The translations under genes were made by a program, and so were the position numbers. Positions 9,820-18,990 of a stretch of 64,000 nt of DNA are shown here, in pieces (positions within the stretch are counted from its first letter, which is position 1; each line of letters starts with the position of its first letter). The DNA is from an uncultured Verrucomicrobiae bacterium. Lineage in GTDB: Bacteria; Verrucomicrobiota; Verrucomicrobiia; Chthoniobacterales; UBA10450. The DNA is taken from positions 15,012 through 79,011 of the forward strand of contig CAVTMK010000002.1 in the NCBI GenBank assembly GCA_963735805.1, given 5' to 3'. The notes under the pieces were generated by a model. The model ran no database searches and was not told the DNA's origin. It saw only the letters and a program-made list of their open reading frames with translations.

Positions 9820-9943
9820 TTGGCTCGGGCTCATCGCCGTGCCGACTGCGCGCTTGCCGAACCTTGTCGTCGCTTTTTTTTCTAGTGTTGGACGACGCGA
9901 CAAGTTATCACGTCCTCCTACTAAATGAGCCGAGGAGTTCTTC

Positions 9944-12464
9944 ATGCCGGCGTCTAATCTCGCGGGATCCGTGAGTGCGACGATTACGCAGCTTCTTGCG
10001 AAGCTTGGAACGGATCCGCAAACCGGTTTGGCTTCCGCCCAGCTGCAGGAACGTGCCAACAAGTATGGGCCAAACGCGCTGCCGGAAGAAAAGAAAAGCG
10101 CGGTCTCTGCTTTCCTCGCCTATTTCTGGGGACCTATAGCATGGATGATCGAAGCTGCTGCCCTGATGGCGTTGATTGTAAGGGACTGGGGCGATTTCGC
10201 GATCATCACTTCACTCCTGTTGTTTAACGCCTTGTTAGGGTTCTGGGAGGAGCATGAGGCTTCCAACGCGCTTGACGCGCTGAAGAGTTCCCTCGCGTTG
10301 AAAGCGCGCGTTCTGCGTGACGGAAAATGGGAGCAAGTTGACGCGCGAACGCTGGTGCCTGGAGATATTGTTCGTTTGTATCTTGGTGACGTTGTACCCG
10401 CCGACTGCAAGCTGATCCGGGGCGGTTACATCAACATCGACCAATCGGCGCTGACAGGGGAGTCGTTGCCGGTGACGAAGAAATCGGGCGAGGATGCATA
10501 CTCGGGTTCGGTCGTCAAAGAAGGAGAAATGGTCGCCGTAGTTACTGCTACTGGAGTGAACACGTTCTTTGGGCGCACGGCAAAATTAGTAGCTGGAGCT
10601 GGAAGCGTTTCTCACTTTCAGAGAGCTATAATGAAGATCGGCAACTTCCTTATTATTCTGGCGCTGGTCTTGGTCGTGATCCTGGTAGCCAGCCGCCTTT
10701 TCGACCTGCGTGGCCACTACGATCGAGTTGTTTTGTTAAGGCTCGCGGAAATCGTTCTCATTCTTTTGGTGGCATCGGTGCCCGTGGCCATGCCAGCCGT
10801 ACTCTCGGTAACGATGGCGTTGGGCGCACGGTTGCTTGCCAGGAGCAAAGCAATTGTTTCTCGACTGGAGTCGATTGAGGAATTGGCGGGCGTCGACGTG
10901 CTTTGTTCTGATAAGACCGGCACGTTGACTCAGAACAAGCTTACACTGGGTGAAGCAGTGCCCTGGGCGGGAACCGATGCAGCGACGTTGATTCTCATGG
11001 CATCATTGGCTTCACGGAGGGCAGATAACGATCCGATTGATCTGGCAGTAATGGCTGGCATAGAGGACCCAAGTGGTACTTAAGACCTATCAACAGGAAA
11101 AGTATGTTCCTTTCAATCCGGTAGATAAACGGACTGAAGCGACAATTAGGGATACTTCCGGTAAGCTTTTTAGAGTTACAAAGGGCGCGCCACAAGTGAT
11201 TCTCGCCCTGACGAAGCTCTCTGGTGGCGACCTGGAAAAAGCCAGTCAGACGATAAACAGTTTAGCTAGCCGCGGCTATCGGACCATTGGCGTTGCTGTT
11301 GCTCAAGGCGATGGCCCTTGGGTTTTCTTGGGAATTCTTCCGTTACTTGATCCGCCTCGGCCCGATTCCAAGAGTACCATAGCAAGGGCGCGTGCCTACG
11401 GCGTCAAGGTAAAGATGGTTACCGGCGATAACGTCGCTATAGCCAGACAGATCGCGTCTGAGCTGGATATGGGCACAAATATTCAACCTGCGACCGAGCT
11501 TTTCCCTGGCGATGTTACAAAAGGGCAAATCCCGCTGGATGCCGCTCAAAAGATCGATGACGCCGATGGTTTCGCCGAGGTTTTTCCGGAACATAAGTAC
11601 GCTATCGTAAAAATACTGCAGGAAAACGACCACATCGTGGGAATGACCGGTGACGGCGTCAATGACGCTCCGGCTCTCAAGCAAGCGGACGTCGGCATTG
11701 CCGTTTCCGGAGCCACTGAGGCAGCTCGGGCAGCAGCAGCCGTAATTCTAACTGCGCCCGGTCTCTCGGTTATTATTGAAGGGATCGCAGAATCCAGGCG
11801 AATCTTCGAACGGATGATGAGTTATGTGTTGTATCGCATCGCCATGACCATCGCTATCATGGTCTTTGTGGTACTGGCATCGATCTACTACCATTTCTTT
11901 CCGCTGACCGCGATCATGCTTATCGCTCTTGCTCTCCTCGACGACGTTCCCATCATGACGATCGCTTTCGATAATGCCAGCGTGCCGCCTCAGCCAGTAA
12001 GATGGGAGCTGGACCGCGTGTTGGTGATTTCGTCGGTCCTGGGGCTACTAGGTGTTATTCAAAGCTTTGGTCTGCTCTACCTCGGAGATACTCTTCATCA
12101 TCTCGATCATCCACAGCTGCAGACAATGATGTTTCTGCAACTTGTAGCTGGCGGGCACCTCATGTTATTCGTGACTCGCACCCGATGCGCGTTCTGGAAG
12201 CCGCCATATCCAAACCCGAAACTCTTCTTTGCAATTGTGGCTACCCAAATCGCAGCAGTGTTCATGTGTAGCGAGGGCTGGCTGGTGCCGGCGCTTCCTT
12301 GGAGGATCATTGGTTTTGTTTGGGCTTACAACCTCATTTGGATGATCGTTCAGGACACCGTTAAACTTGGACTTTACGGAATCCTGGACCCGGCTCGCTC
12401 ATGGAAAAAGTCACTTTTCCAGCCACTTCGAGTTTCCATGACACGCAGAGCGGCGGTTCGTTAA
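9944..12464 (+). pseudogene. Type IIIA plasma-membrane-type H+ P-type ATPase, split by a +1 frameshift near 11070-11083 (ORFs 9944..11083 and 11073..12464)
   Basis: The N-terminal ORF carries YGPNALPEEKK, FWGPIAWMIEAAA, TGESLPV and CSDKTGTLTQNKLTL, and ends ...NDPIDLAVMAGIEDPSGT*. The second ORF continues in the +1 frame with VLKTYQQEKYVPFNPVDKRTEA, MVTGDNVAIA and MTGDGVNDAPALKQADVGIAV. Deleting one g in ccaagtGgtactt would fuse them into one about 840-aa ATPase. Confidence 0.75.
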
Positions 12465-12480
12465 TATCAAGAACAATGAC

Positions 12481-13344
12481 ATGCCTAACTACCGCAAAAA
12501 ACTTATCGTAAAACCTGATTCGAAGATCCGGCTAAAGCATTTCAATCCCGGTTATCACGGCAAACATGAGTCGCATAAGTCGGCTTTGACAGAGATTCAG
12601 GGAAACCTTCAGAAAATGGATAAGCTGCAATACTGCATGTACGCGGAGAACAAGCATTCACTTCTCATCGTGTTGCAGGGACTCGACGCCGCTGGCAAAG
12701 ACGGCGTAGTTCGTCACGTTCTGACCGGCATGAATCCGGAAGGTTGCGTTTGCGCTAACTTCAAGCAACCGACGAAGGAGGAATTGGCGCACGATTTCCT
12801 CTGGCGCGTGCATCCACACGTGCCTGGCAAAGGCTCAGTGGCCATTTTCAATCGTTCCCACTATGAAGACGTGCTGGTAGCAAGGGTTCACGGGCTGGTG
12901 CCGGAAAAAGTTTGGTCGACGCGCTACGATCAGATTAACGATTTTGAACGGTTAATCACGACCGAAAATAACACAACGGTTCTCAAATTTTTCCTCCACA
13001 TTTCCAAAGAGGAACAGCTTGCACGGTTTAAGAAACGATTGGACGACCCGGCGCGTCAGTGGAAAATCAGCGACTCTGATTACAAGGAACGCGAATACTG
13101 GGGGGACTACGTCAAGGCTTTCGAGGATGTACTTACCAAGACGAGCACTGAGTATGCCCCTTGGTTTATAATCCCCTCAAATCACAAGTGGTTTCGCGAT
13201 TTGGCCATCTCACAGATCATAGTCGGCCAAATGGAAGAGATGGACATGAAGTTGCCGAAACCAACTGTGAACCTCGCCGAAATTCGCCGTGAATATCATC
13301 AGGCGAAGGATGGGGAGAACTCGGATCGTCGGAAGAAGCGGTAA
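12481..13344 (+). CDS. ppk2: Polyphosphate kinase 2 family (polyphosphate:nucleotide phosphotransferase)
   Basis: LLIVLQGLDAAGKDGVVRHV (Walker A-like), HDFLWRVHPHVPGKGSVAIFNRSHYEDVLV and APWFIIPSNHKWFRDL. Confidence 0.85.
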   Translation: MPNYRKKLIVKPDSKIRLKHFNPGYHGKHESHKSALTEIQGNLQKMDKLQYCMYAENKHSLLIVLQGLDAAGKDGVVRHVLTGMNPEGCVCANFKQPTKEELAHDFLWRVHPHVPGKGSVAIFNRSHYEDVLVARVHGLVPEKVWSTRYDQINDFERLITTENNTTVLKFFLHISKEEQLARFKKRLDDPARQWKISDSDYKEREYWGDYVKAFEDVLTKTSTEYAPWFIIPSNHKWFRDLAISQIIVGQMEEMDMKLPKPTVNLAEIRREYHQAKDGENSDRRKKR

Positions 13345-13347
13345 CAC

Positions 13348-14748
13348 TTGGTCGAGACCACGCCATCGCAACGCCTGACTTTGCTGCTGGATGGTTCGCC
13401 GCTGAAACCGGTCCAGCGATGGCTCTGGGTGCTTTCGACCGGAGGCACATTACTTGATGGCTTCGCAATCTTTGTTCTCGGCGTCGCGATGCCGCTGATC
13501 ATCGCTGAGTTTCAGTTTGCCCCCGATGTGGTCGGTCTAATCGGAGCCAGTCTGGTCTTGGGTGCTGTCTTTGGAGCCGGACTTGGCGGGCCAATGGCGG
13601 ACCATCTTGGCCGAAAAAAATTGATGCTCGCCGACATGCTAATCATCGCAGCGGGCGCCTTAATCAGCGGGTTGGCGAAGGGATTCCCAATGCTCTTTAT
13701 CGGACAACTACTCGTTGGCGTCGGAGTTGGCATCGATTTCCCCGCCAGTAGCAGTTACGTCTCCGAAATATTGCCGAAACGCAGTCGTGCGCGAATGATG
13801 GTGGCTACAATTGCATGCCAAGCAGTCGGCATGTTGTTTGCCGCTGCGATTGCACTCGTGCTGCTGAAGAATTCGCGCAGCGCCGAAATTTGGCGAGTTT
13901 TTCTGGCGACAGAGGGGATCATTGCGCTTCTCTTTTTTTTGCTGCGCCTCTCGGAACCGGACAGTCCACATTGGTTGATGATTCGAGGCAGATTTGCCGA
14001 GGCCGCTCGCGCGTTTATCCGCATCATGCCCGAGCAGGCAGAAGCAGCGCTACAAATCACCACCGAAGCGGGATGGGCAAAGGCTGGAAATTCGACTGCA
14101 TCAGCGAAGACGCCCGGAATAGCGATTCTTTTCTCGCGTCCCTATCGAGGGCGCACGGTGCTTGTCGCGGTTCCCTGGTTCTTAATGGATATCGCCACTT
14201 ATGGTATCGGACTTTTCACGCCGATTATTCTGGGTGCAATTGGCCTATCAGGAAAGAAAGGCGGCGTCATCGCTCCTGACTTCGTCGCCGCAAGGGGAAG
14301 TGCTGCGATCGATTTATTCCTCTTCCTGGGTTTTCTTCTGGGAATTTGGGCCGTGCCGCGCTTCGGGCGCATCCGCATGCAGGCCATTGGTTTCGCGAGC
14401 ATGGCTTTCGGCATGCTGTTGCTAATGGTCGCTGTTCAGCTATCGAATTTCAGCCTTCACATTCCACTAGTGTTCGCCGGATTCATCGTATTCAACTTGC
14501 TAATGAACGCTGGACCCAATTCCACGACGTTCACGCTTGCGCCAATCCTGTTTCCGACACAACTGAGGGGCACCGCCAGCGGTTTCGCCGCTGGTGTGGC
14601 TAAGATCGGAGCGACTCTAGGTGTCTTCGTCCTGCCAGTCTTAAAAGGCAAGTTCGGCGTCCCCGCCGTCCTTGGAATGATGGCGGTTGTTAGTGTGCTG
14701 GGTCTGATCGTGACCTTGGCGTTCGGGCACGAGGATACGGAAGATTGA
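13348..14748 (+). CDS. MFS transporter (sugar-porter / metabolite:H+ symporter-like), TTG start
   Basis: About 12 predicted TM segments, the MFS loop motif GPMADHLGRKKLML, and PESPHW-like SEPDSPHWL. Confidence 0.8.
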   Translation: MVETTPSQRLTLLLDGSPLKPVQRWLWVLSTGGTLLDGFAIFVLGVAMPLIIAEFQFAPDVVGLIGASLVLGAVFGAGLGGPMADHLGRKKLMLADMLIIAAGALISGLAKGFPMLFIGQLLVGVGVGIDFPASSSYVSEILPKRSRARMMVATIACQAVGMLFAAAIALVLLKNSRSAEIWRVFLATEGIIALLFFLLRLSEPDSPHWLMIRGRFAEAARAFIRIMPEQAEAALQITTEAGWAKAGNSTASAKTPGIAILFSRPYRGRTVLVAVPWFLMDIATYGIGLFTPIILGAIGLSGKKGGVIAPDFVAARGSAAIDLFLFLGFLLGIWAVPRFGRIRMQAIGFASMAFGMLLLMVAVQLSNFSLHIPLVFAGFIVFNLLMNAGPNSTTFTLAPILFPTQLRGTASGFAAGVAKIGATLGVFVLPVLKGKFGVPAVLGMMAVVSVLGLIVTLAFGHEDTED

Positions 14749-14867
14749 ACTGAACCGAGAGTCAGCGACAGCGCGCGTGGCCAGCCAATCGCTCTGAGCG
14801 CAAGAAACGCACAGCGTTTAGCAAACACCGCGCAGACCTGTCCCCCCGGTCAAAGCAATATTGCGCC

Positions 14868-15404
14868 ATGAAATTTAAGGATGTTGCCCTCAAGCAGTCG
14901 CGGTTACGGAACCCAGTTGCTACGAAGACTCTCGGAGATGGACAGCAGCCGATCACTGTCAGAAAAATTCTCGTGCCGACCGACTTTTCTGCCGCATCGA
15001 GGAAATCTCTGTCCTACGCACTACGCTTTGCGAAAGGACTAAATTCTGAAATCACATTGCTGCATATTCTTGAGCCGGATACTCCGCTGACATTGTCTGG
15101 GCGGCCGGCTACGGCAGCATTCTCAAAAGAGGAATTGGTTGATGCGGAAGAAGCGTTGCGTGGTTTAACCGATTCGGCCAAAGCGGCTGGCGCCGCCGCT
15201 ACAAAGTCAATACTCCGCACCGGGGTTGCGACGCACGAGATCGTCGAGACAGCCAAGGAGCTCGATGTCGATCTGATTGTGATTGCCACGCATGGTTTCA
15301 GTGGTTGGAAACATTTCGCCATCGGCAGCACGGCCGAACGCGTCGCTCGAGCCGCGCCATGCCCAGTGCTCGTCGTTCGCGAAAAGGAACACGATTTTAT
15401 CTGA
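14868..15404 (+). CDS. Universal stress protein (single USP domain)
   Basis: [16 protein letters not shown] ... DLIVIATHGFSGWKHFAIGSTAERVARAAPCPVLVV. Confidence 0.87.
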   Translation: MKFKDVALKQSRLRNPVATKTLGDGQQPITVRKILVPTDFSAASRKSLSYALRFAKGLNSEITLLHILEPDTPLTLSGRPATAAFSKEELVDAEEALRGLTDSAKAAGAAATKSILRTGVATHEIVETAKELDVDLIVIATHGFSGWKHFAIGSTAERVARAAPCPVLVVREKEHDFI

Positions 15405-15614
15405 GTACCATGAAGCCGAAATCGTCACTCAAGAGGCGCACAACAGGCCACTCGAATCAAAAAGCGACGAACCGATCCCGAAAGCACCTCTCACGTCCCC
15501 AATGTCAACATCGGCATGGCCGGTTCGAATTTTCATGCGGGATCGACATGACACGGGCGTTGGTCGTCAAGGAATCCATAAAAGAGGAAGAAAGAGAACA
15601 CTGACGCAACTAAA

Positions 15615-16181
15615 ATGAAAACCCAAACCCAGACAAGAAAAGGAAACGAAACGAAAACAGAAGCCGAGGCACTGGCTACACGCGTGGCGCTACATCCATT
15701 CCTCGCTGGAATGGACCATGCGCAGCTAACGTTGCTAACCGATTGCGCTATAGAGGCGCACTTCAAACCTGGCGAGATCATTTTGCGCGAAGGCGAACTC
15801 GCCAATCGCTTTTATTTGATCGAGAGCGGGAAAGTGGTGCTGCAGTCCGGGAAAGATTCCGTGATCGTAGATACAATCGGCGCCGGTGATTTGCTGGGCT
15901 GGTCGTGGATGTTTCCTCCTCACGTGTGGCATTTCAGCGCCCGCGCTGTGGAGCCGACGGAAGCAATCTTTTTCTACGGCACAATACTGCGTGAGTATTG
16001 CGAGCGTGATCCCTCGTTAGGCTACGAGCTTTTCAAACGCATGGCGCCGATCATGCTGCGGCGGTTGCAAGCCGCACGCGATAAAATGTTGGCCATCCAT
16101 CATGGGCGGGCATCGCTTGAGCCGGTGGTCTTGGAGTCGCCATTCATGGACCAGGAGCAGGATGCCCTGGAGGATTCTTGA
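15615..16181 (+). CDS. Stand-alone cyclic-nucleotide-binding (CAP_ED) domain protein, no HTH
   Basis: HPFLAGMDHAQLTLLTDCAIEAHFKPGEIILREGELANRFYLIESGKVVL ... GAGDLLGWSWM. Confidence 0.75.
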   Translation: MKTQTQTRKGNETKTEAEALATRVALHPFLAGMDHAQLTLLTDCAIEAHFKPGEIILREGELANRFYLIESGKVVLQSGKDSVIVDTIGAGDLLGWSWMFPPHVWHFSARAVEPTEAIFFYGTILREYCERDPSLGYELFKRMAPIMLRRLQAARDKMLAIHHGRASLEPVVLESPFMDQEQDALEDS

Positions 16182-16438
16182 AAACGCGAACCGATGACAG
16201 GGAATACCGCGGCCTCGTTACCGATCTACTTGCCGGCGCTTCCATTCTCCGGAAAGAAGCGGCGAGATTGGCCAAAGACGCCGATTGCCTTCACGAAACC
16301 ATCGACCGGATGCACGCGGCAGCCGACCGCCTCCACCGAAGAATTGAGCAAACACATATCCGAATTCGCACCTACAGATCGCTCAATCGCATTCGCAAGT
16401 CGCCCGCCCGCCGCGGCTCCGGCTGCCAACAGTCTTGA
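16178..16438 (+). CDS. Small hypothetical coiled-coil protein (86 aa), TTGA-coupled to the cNMP-binding gene
   Basis: The TTG start overlaps the upstream stop. Helical heptad-like sequence: EAARLAKDADCLHETIDRMHAAADRLHRRIEQTHIRI. No family recognised. Confidence 0.3.
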   Translation: MKTRTDDREYRGLVTDLLAGASILRKEAARLAKDADCLHETIDRMHAAADRLHRRIEQTHIRIRTYRSLNRIRKSPARRGSGCQQS

Positions 16439-16480
16439 CGCTGCCATTCGTGCGATCGAAACTAGGTCTTTTCCTGATGT

Positions 16481-17401
16481 ATGGTCGAGGCCGGTGCAAG
16501 CCGAGCGGAATCGAATAAGCAACTTATCGACATGTTGCGCCGGTCTCGATTATTTCGGGATTACGAGAGTGTCTTTACTAAGGCGACTGGCCTGCCGCTG
16601 GTGCTTCGGCCGTTGGAATTTTGGCAACTCGCGCATCACGGCAAAAAACACGAAAATCCATTCTGCGCTCTCCTTGCCGAAAACCCCGCCACTCTCAGCG
16701 TTTGTCTGCAAGCGCACCAGGACATGATCGACCACACGGGATCAATTCCCCACAGTGTCACATGTCCATTTGGTCTGACCGAGACGGCCGTGCCAGTGAA
16801 GCTCGGAGCTAACGTCATTGGGTATTTGCGGATTGGTCAGGTCTTGCGGCATTTACCGGCAAAGTCAGACGCCAACAAGGTGAGTCGAGCGCTGGAGCGA
16901 TGCGGGGTTCCGTTCAAAAGCGAAGTTCGCAAAGCATGGGAGAGCAATCCTCTCATGCCACCCGACAAGTACAATGCCATTGTGCGGTTGCTCTCGTTTT
17001 TTGCCGAGCAACTCTCAGGTTTGGCGAACCAACTGGTCATCGAATCGCAAAACATTGAGCCACCGCTCGTGCAAAAGGCGCGTGATTACATCGACAAACA
17101 CAAGATGGAGCCGCTTTCTTTGGACGCCGTCGCAAAAGCAGCAGGTGCAAGCGTCTTCCATTTTTGCAAAGTTTTCCACAAAGCGACCGGCTTAAAGTTT
17201 ACAGATTACGTCGCGCGGGTCCGGCTGGAAGACGCGCGCACACAGCTGCTGAATCCGAATCGGCGCATCAGCGAAGTCGCGTACGACGTTGGCTTTCAAT
17301 CGCTGACGCAATTCAATCGCGTTTTCAAGCGCGTGTTCGGGCAATCGCCGAGCAAGTTTCGCGAGCGGCTCGTTGCGAACCAGTCACGGAAAATTGGATA
17401 A
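16481..17401 (+). CDS. AraC-family transcriptional regulator with N-terminal PocR-type sensor domain
   Basis: PocR-like N-terminal half (LFRDYESVFTKATGLPLVLRP, NPFCALLAENPATLSVCLQAH, TCPFGLTETAVPV). C-terminal AraC HTH (LSLDAVAKAAGASVFHFCKVFHKATG, EVAYDVGFQSLTQFNRVFKRVFGQSPSKFR). Confidence 0.8.
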   Translation: MVEAGASRAESNKQLIDMLRRSRLFRDYESVFTKATGLPLVLRPLEFWQLAHHGKKHENPFCALLAENPATLSVCLQAHQDMIDHTGSIPHSVTCPFGLTETAVPVKLGANVIGYLRIGQVLRHLPAKSDANKVSRALERCGVPFKSEVRKAWESNPLMPPDKYNAIVRLLSFFAEQLSGLANQLVIESQNIEPPLVQKARDYIDKHKMEPLSLDAVAKAAGASVFHFCKVFHKATGLKFTDYVARVRLEDARTQLLNPNRRISEVAYDVGFQSLTQFNRVFKRVFGQSPSKFRERLVANQSRKIG

Positions 17402-17471
17402 GAGCCGCAGCTACAGCTGGCGGACGTATAACTCGCGATCGTAGGGTTTGGTATTAAAAAACGGCGATTCG

Positions 17472-18446
17472 TCATTCAATCACCCCCAGGCCTTTTCTGG
17501 TGGATTTAGCCACGCGCATACAACGCAGCTCACACTCCCCCCGTCCTAGGGCTAGCCACCGACTTTCAAATTCCACCCACCGCTGCTCCTCGGGCAGCAT
17601 GGTGTGGCTCACGGGAAATTCCATGATTTCGCAGGGCGCCACGAAATGGTTTGCAATGGAATAGACGGTTTCAGCTGGAACCACCGGATCATTGAGTCCC
17701 AGACCAATGAGCGTTTCGCAGGAAACCATCCCAGCGAAGTTCACCGCGTCGAAATAGCGGAGCACTAACATGATGTCTTCGGTGGCCTCGGCACGCTCTT
17801 TAAGGTAATGCGCGATCTCCGCACCGGAACCAGATTTGACCAGGAAATATCGCCCCTCCGCCCATCCAAAGGTCGGCACGCCGAGCACAAGAAGATCCGA
17901 CGTGTCCCAAATCGCCTCCGCCATAAGGGCGAGTCCGCCCGCGAAGCTGAATCCATAAGTCAGATGTCGGGTGGTCTGTCCCGCGAAGAGATCGCGGGCC
18001 AGGTGCATCGTGCGGCCGTAGTCGCAAACCGCACCGCGCAGAATGGATGTCTCGGGCGACTCGATTCCAGTCAGCACATATCCCCAGGGCGAAGGGGCCG
18101 GGACGGCCGCCGCCGAGTGGCCAAAGCCACGAATGTCAATGCCAACCACATTGTATCCAGCCTGAGCCCATTTCCACTGGATCTCGCACTGCGAATGGTA
18201 GCCGTGGCTATGCACAACAAGCGGGCGTGGCGCGCCATCCAGCCAGCCGAGGCTGTAGCCAGTGATTTCGACCGCGCCTAACGAATGAAACGTGAACTGG
18301 CACAATTCAAGCGACGGGTGACTCTCGTAGGTCACGGGTATCCGGCGCACGCTTGGATCGATAGCATTCAGCTCCTCGCACGTCTTCGCCCAGAACGATT
18401 CGAAATCCGGGGGGCGGGTTAGAGGCGGGCGAATCTGGCGTTTCAT
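17472..18446 (-). CDS. Alpha/beta hydrolase, acetyl-xylan-esterase (AXE1/CE7)-like
   Basis: PPDFESFWAKT, LVVHSHGY, VGIDIRGFGHS and the nucleophile region YGFSFAGGLA. Confidence 0.68.
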   Translation of the reverse strand: MKRQIRPPLTRPPDFESFWAKTCEELNAIDPSVRRIPVTYESHPSLELCQFTFHSLGAVEITGYSLGWLDGAPRPLVVHSHGYHSQCEIQWKWAQAGYNVVGIDIRGFGHSAAAVPAPSPWGYVLTGIESPETSILRGAVCDYGRTMHLARDLFAGQTTRHLTYGFSFAGGLALMAEAIWDTSDLLVLGVPTFGWAEGRYFLVKSGSGAEIAHYLKERAEATEDIMLVLRYFDAVNFAGMVSCETLIGLGLNDPVVPAETVYSIANHFVAPCEIMEFPVSHTMLPEEQRWVEFESRWLALGRGECELRCMRVAKSTRKGLGVIE

Positions 18447-18471
18447 GAGACGCGCACGACGGCTCGCGAGG

Positions 18472-18501
18472 TTGCAGGCGTCGTAGCCGCTCTTCTATAC
18501 T
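18472..18501 (+). promoter_or_regulatory. Sigma-70-like promoter candidate (TTGCAG-18 nt-TATACT) ending 9 nt before the ATG at 18511; implies a near-leaderless transcript
   Basis: Read directly: gTTGCAGgcgtcgtagccgctcttcTATACTccgaacgcgATG. Confidence 0.35.
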
Positions 18502-18510
18502 CCGAACGCG

Positions 18511-18990
18511 ATGCATGTCGAACAGGTCGTCCAGATCCCATTTTTTCAAGGGCTCCCGGCCGAAGCGCTCCGGCAAGTCGCTGCCGACGCGACCGTGCTC
18601 AGATTGGAACGCGGTCGGATCCTCATGTCGCAGCATGACGCTGCCGAGCATCTGTTCTTTCTGATTTCCGGCGTGGTGCAGTTTTACATTCATTTTCAAG
18701 GCGTGGACGATCTGCTCGTCGGGACAATCCGTGAGCGAGGCGCGTTGCTCGGCTGGTCGGTTTTCCGGAAGCCCTATCGCTACACGGTCACTATCCGTTG
18801 CGAAGAGGATTGCCAGGTCATGCGCCTCCCTCGCGAAACCATCATGGAACTGGTGCAAACGCAGCCGCGTCTTGGCTACCTCCTGTTAAAGCGGGTTGCC
18901 GCGACCCTCGCCAATAGACTTGAACAGACGCGCGATATTCTCGTTAGCTCCGCGACCTCAGGCGTGATGCCGACGGTGGGCGCCACATGA
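18511..18990 (+). CDS. Stand-alone cyclic-nucleotide-binding (CAP_ED) domain protein
   Basis: IPFFQGLPAEALRQVAADATVLRLERGRILMSQHDAAEHLFFLISGVV ... RGALLGWSV. Confidence 0.75.
   Translation: MHVEQVVQIPFFQGLPAEALRQVAADATVLRLERGRILMSQHDAAEHLFFLISGVVQFYIHFQGVDDLLVGTIRERGALLGWSVFRKPYRYTVTIRCEEDCQVMRLPRETIMELVQTQPRLGYLLLKRVAATLANRLEQTRDILVSSATSGVMPTVGAT

Noticed and set aside
15405-15614. Intergenic palindrome TCATG-N9-CATGA (15533-15551) and basic ORFs 15283..15618 / 15305..15604 upstream of the first cNMP-binding gene
   Set aside because: The palindrome has only 5-bp arms, and I could not find it recurring elsewhere in the island. The ORFs are Arg/Lys/Ser low-complexity and overlap the USP gene end. 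This is not enough to call a CRP/FNR-type site or a gene.
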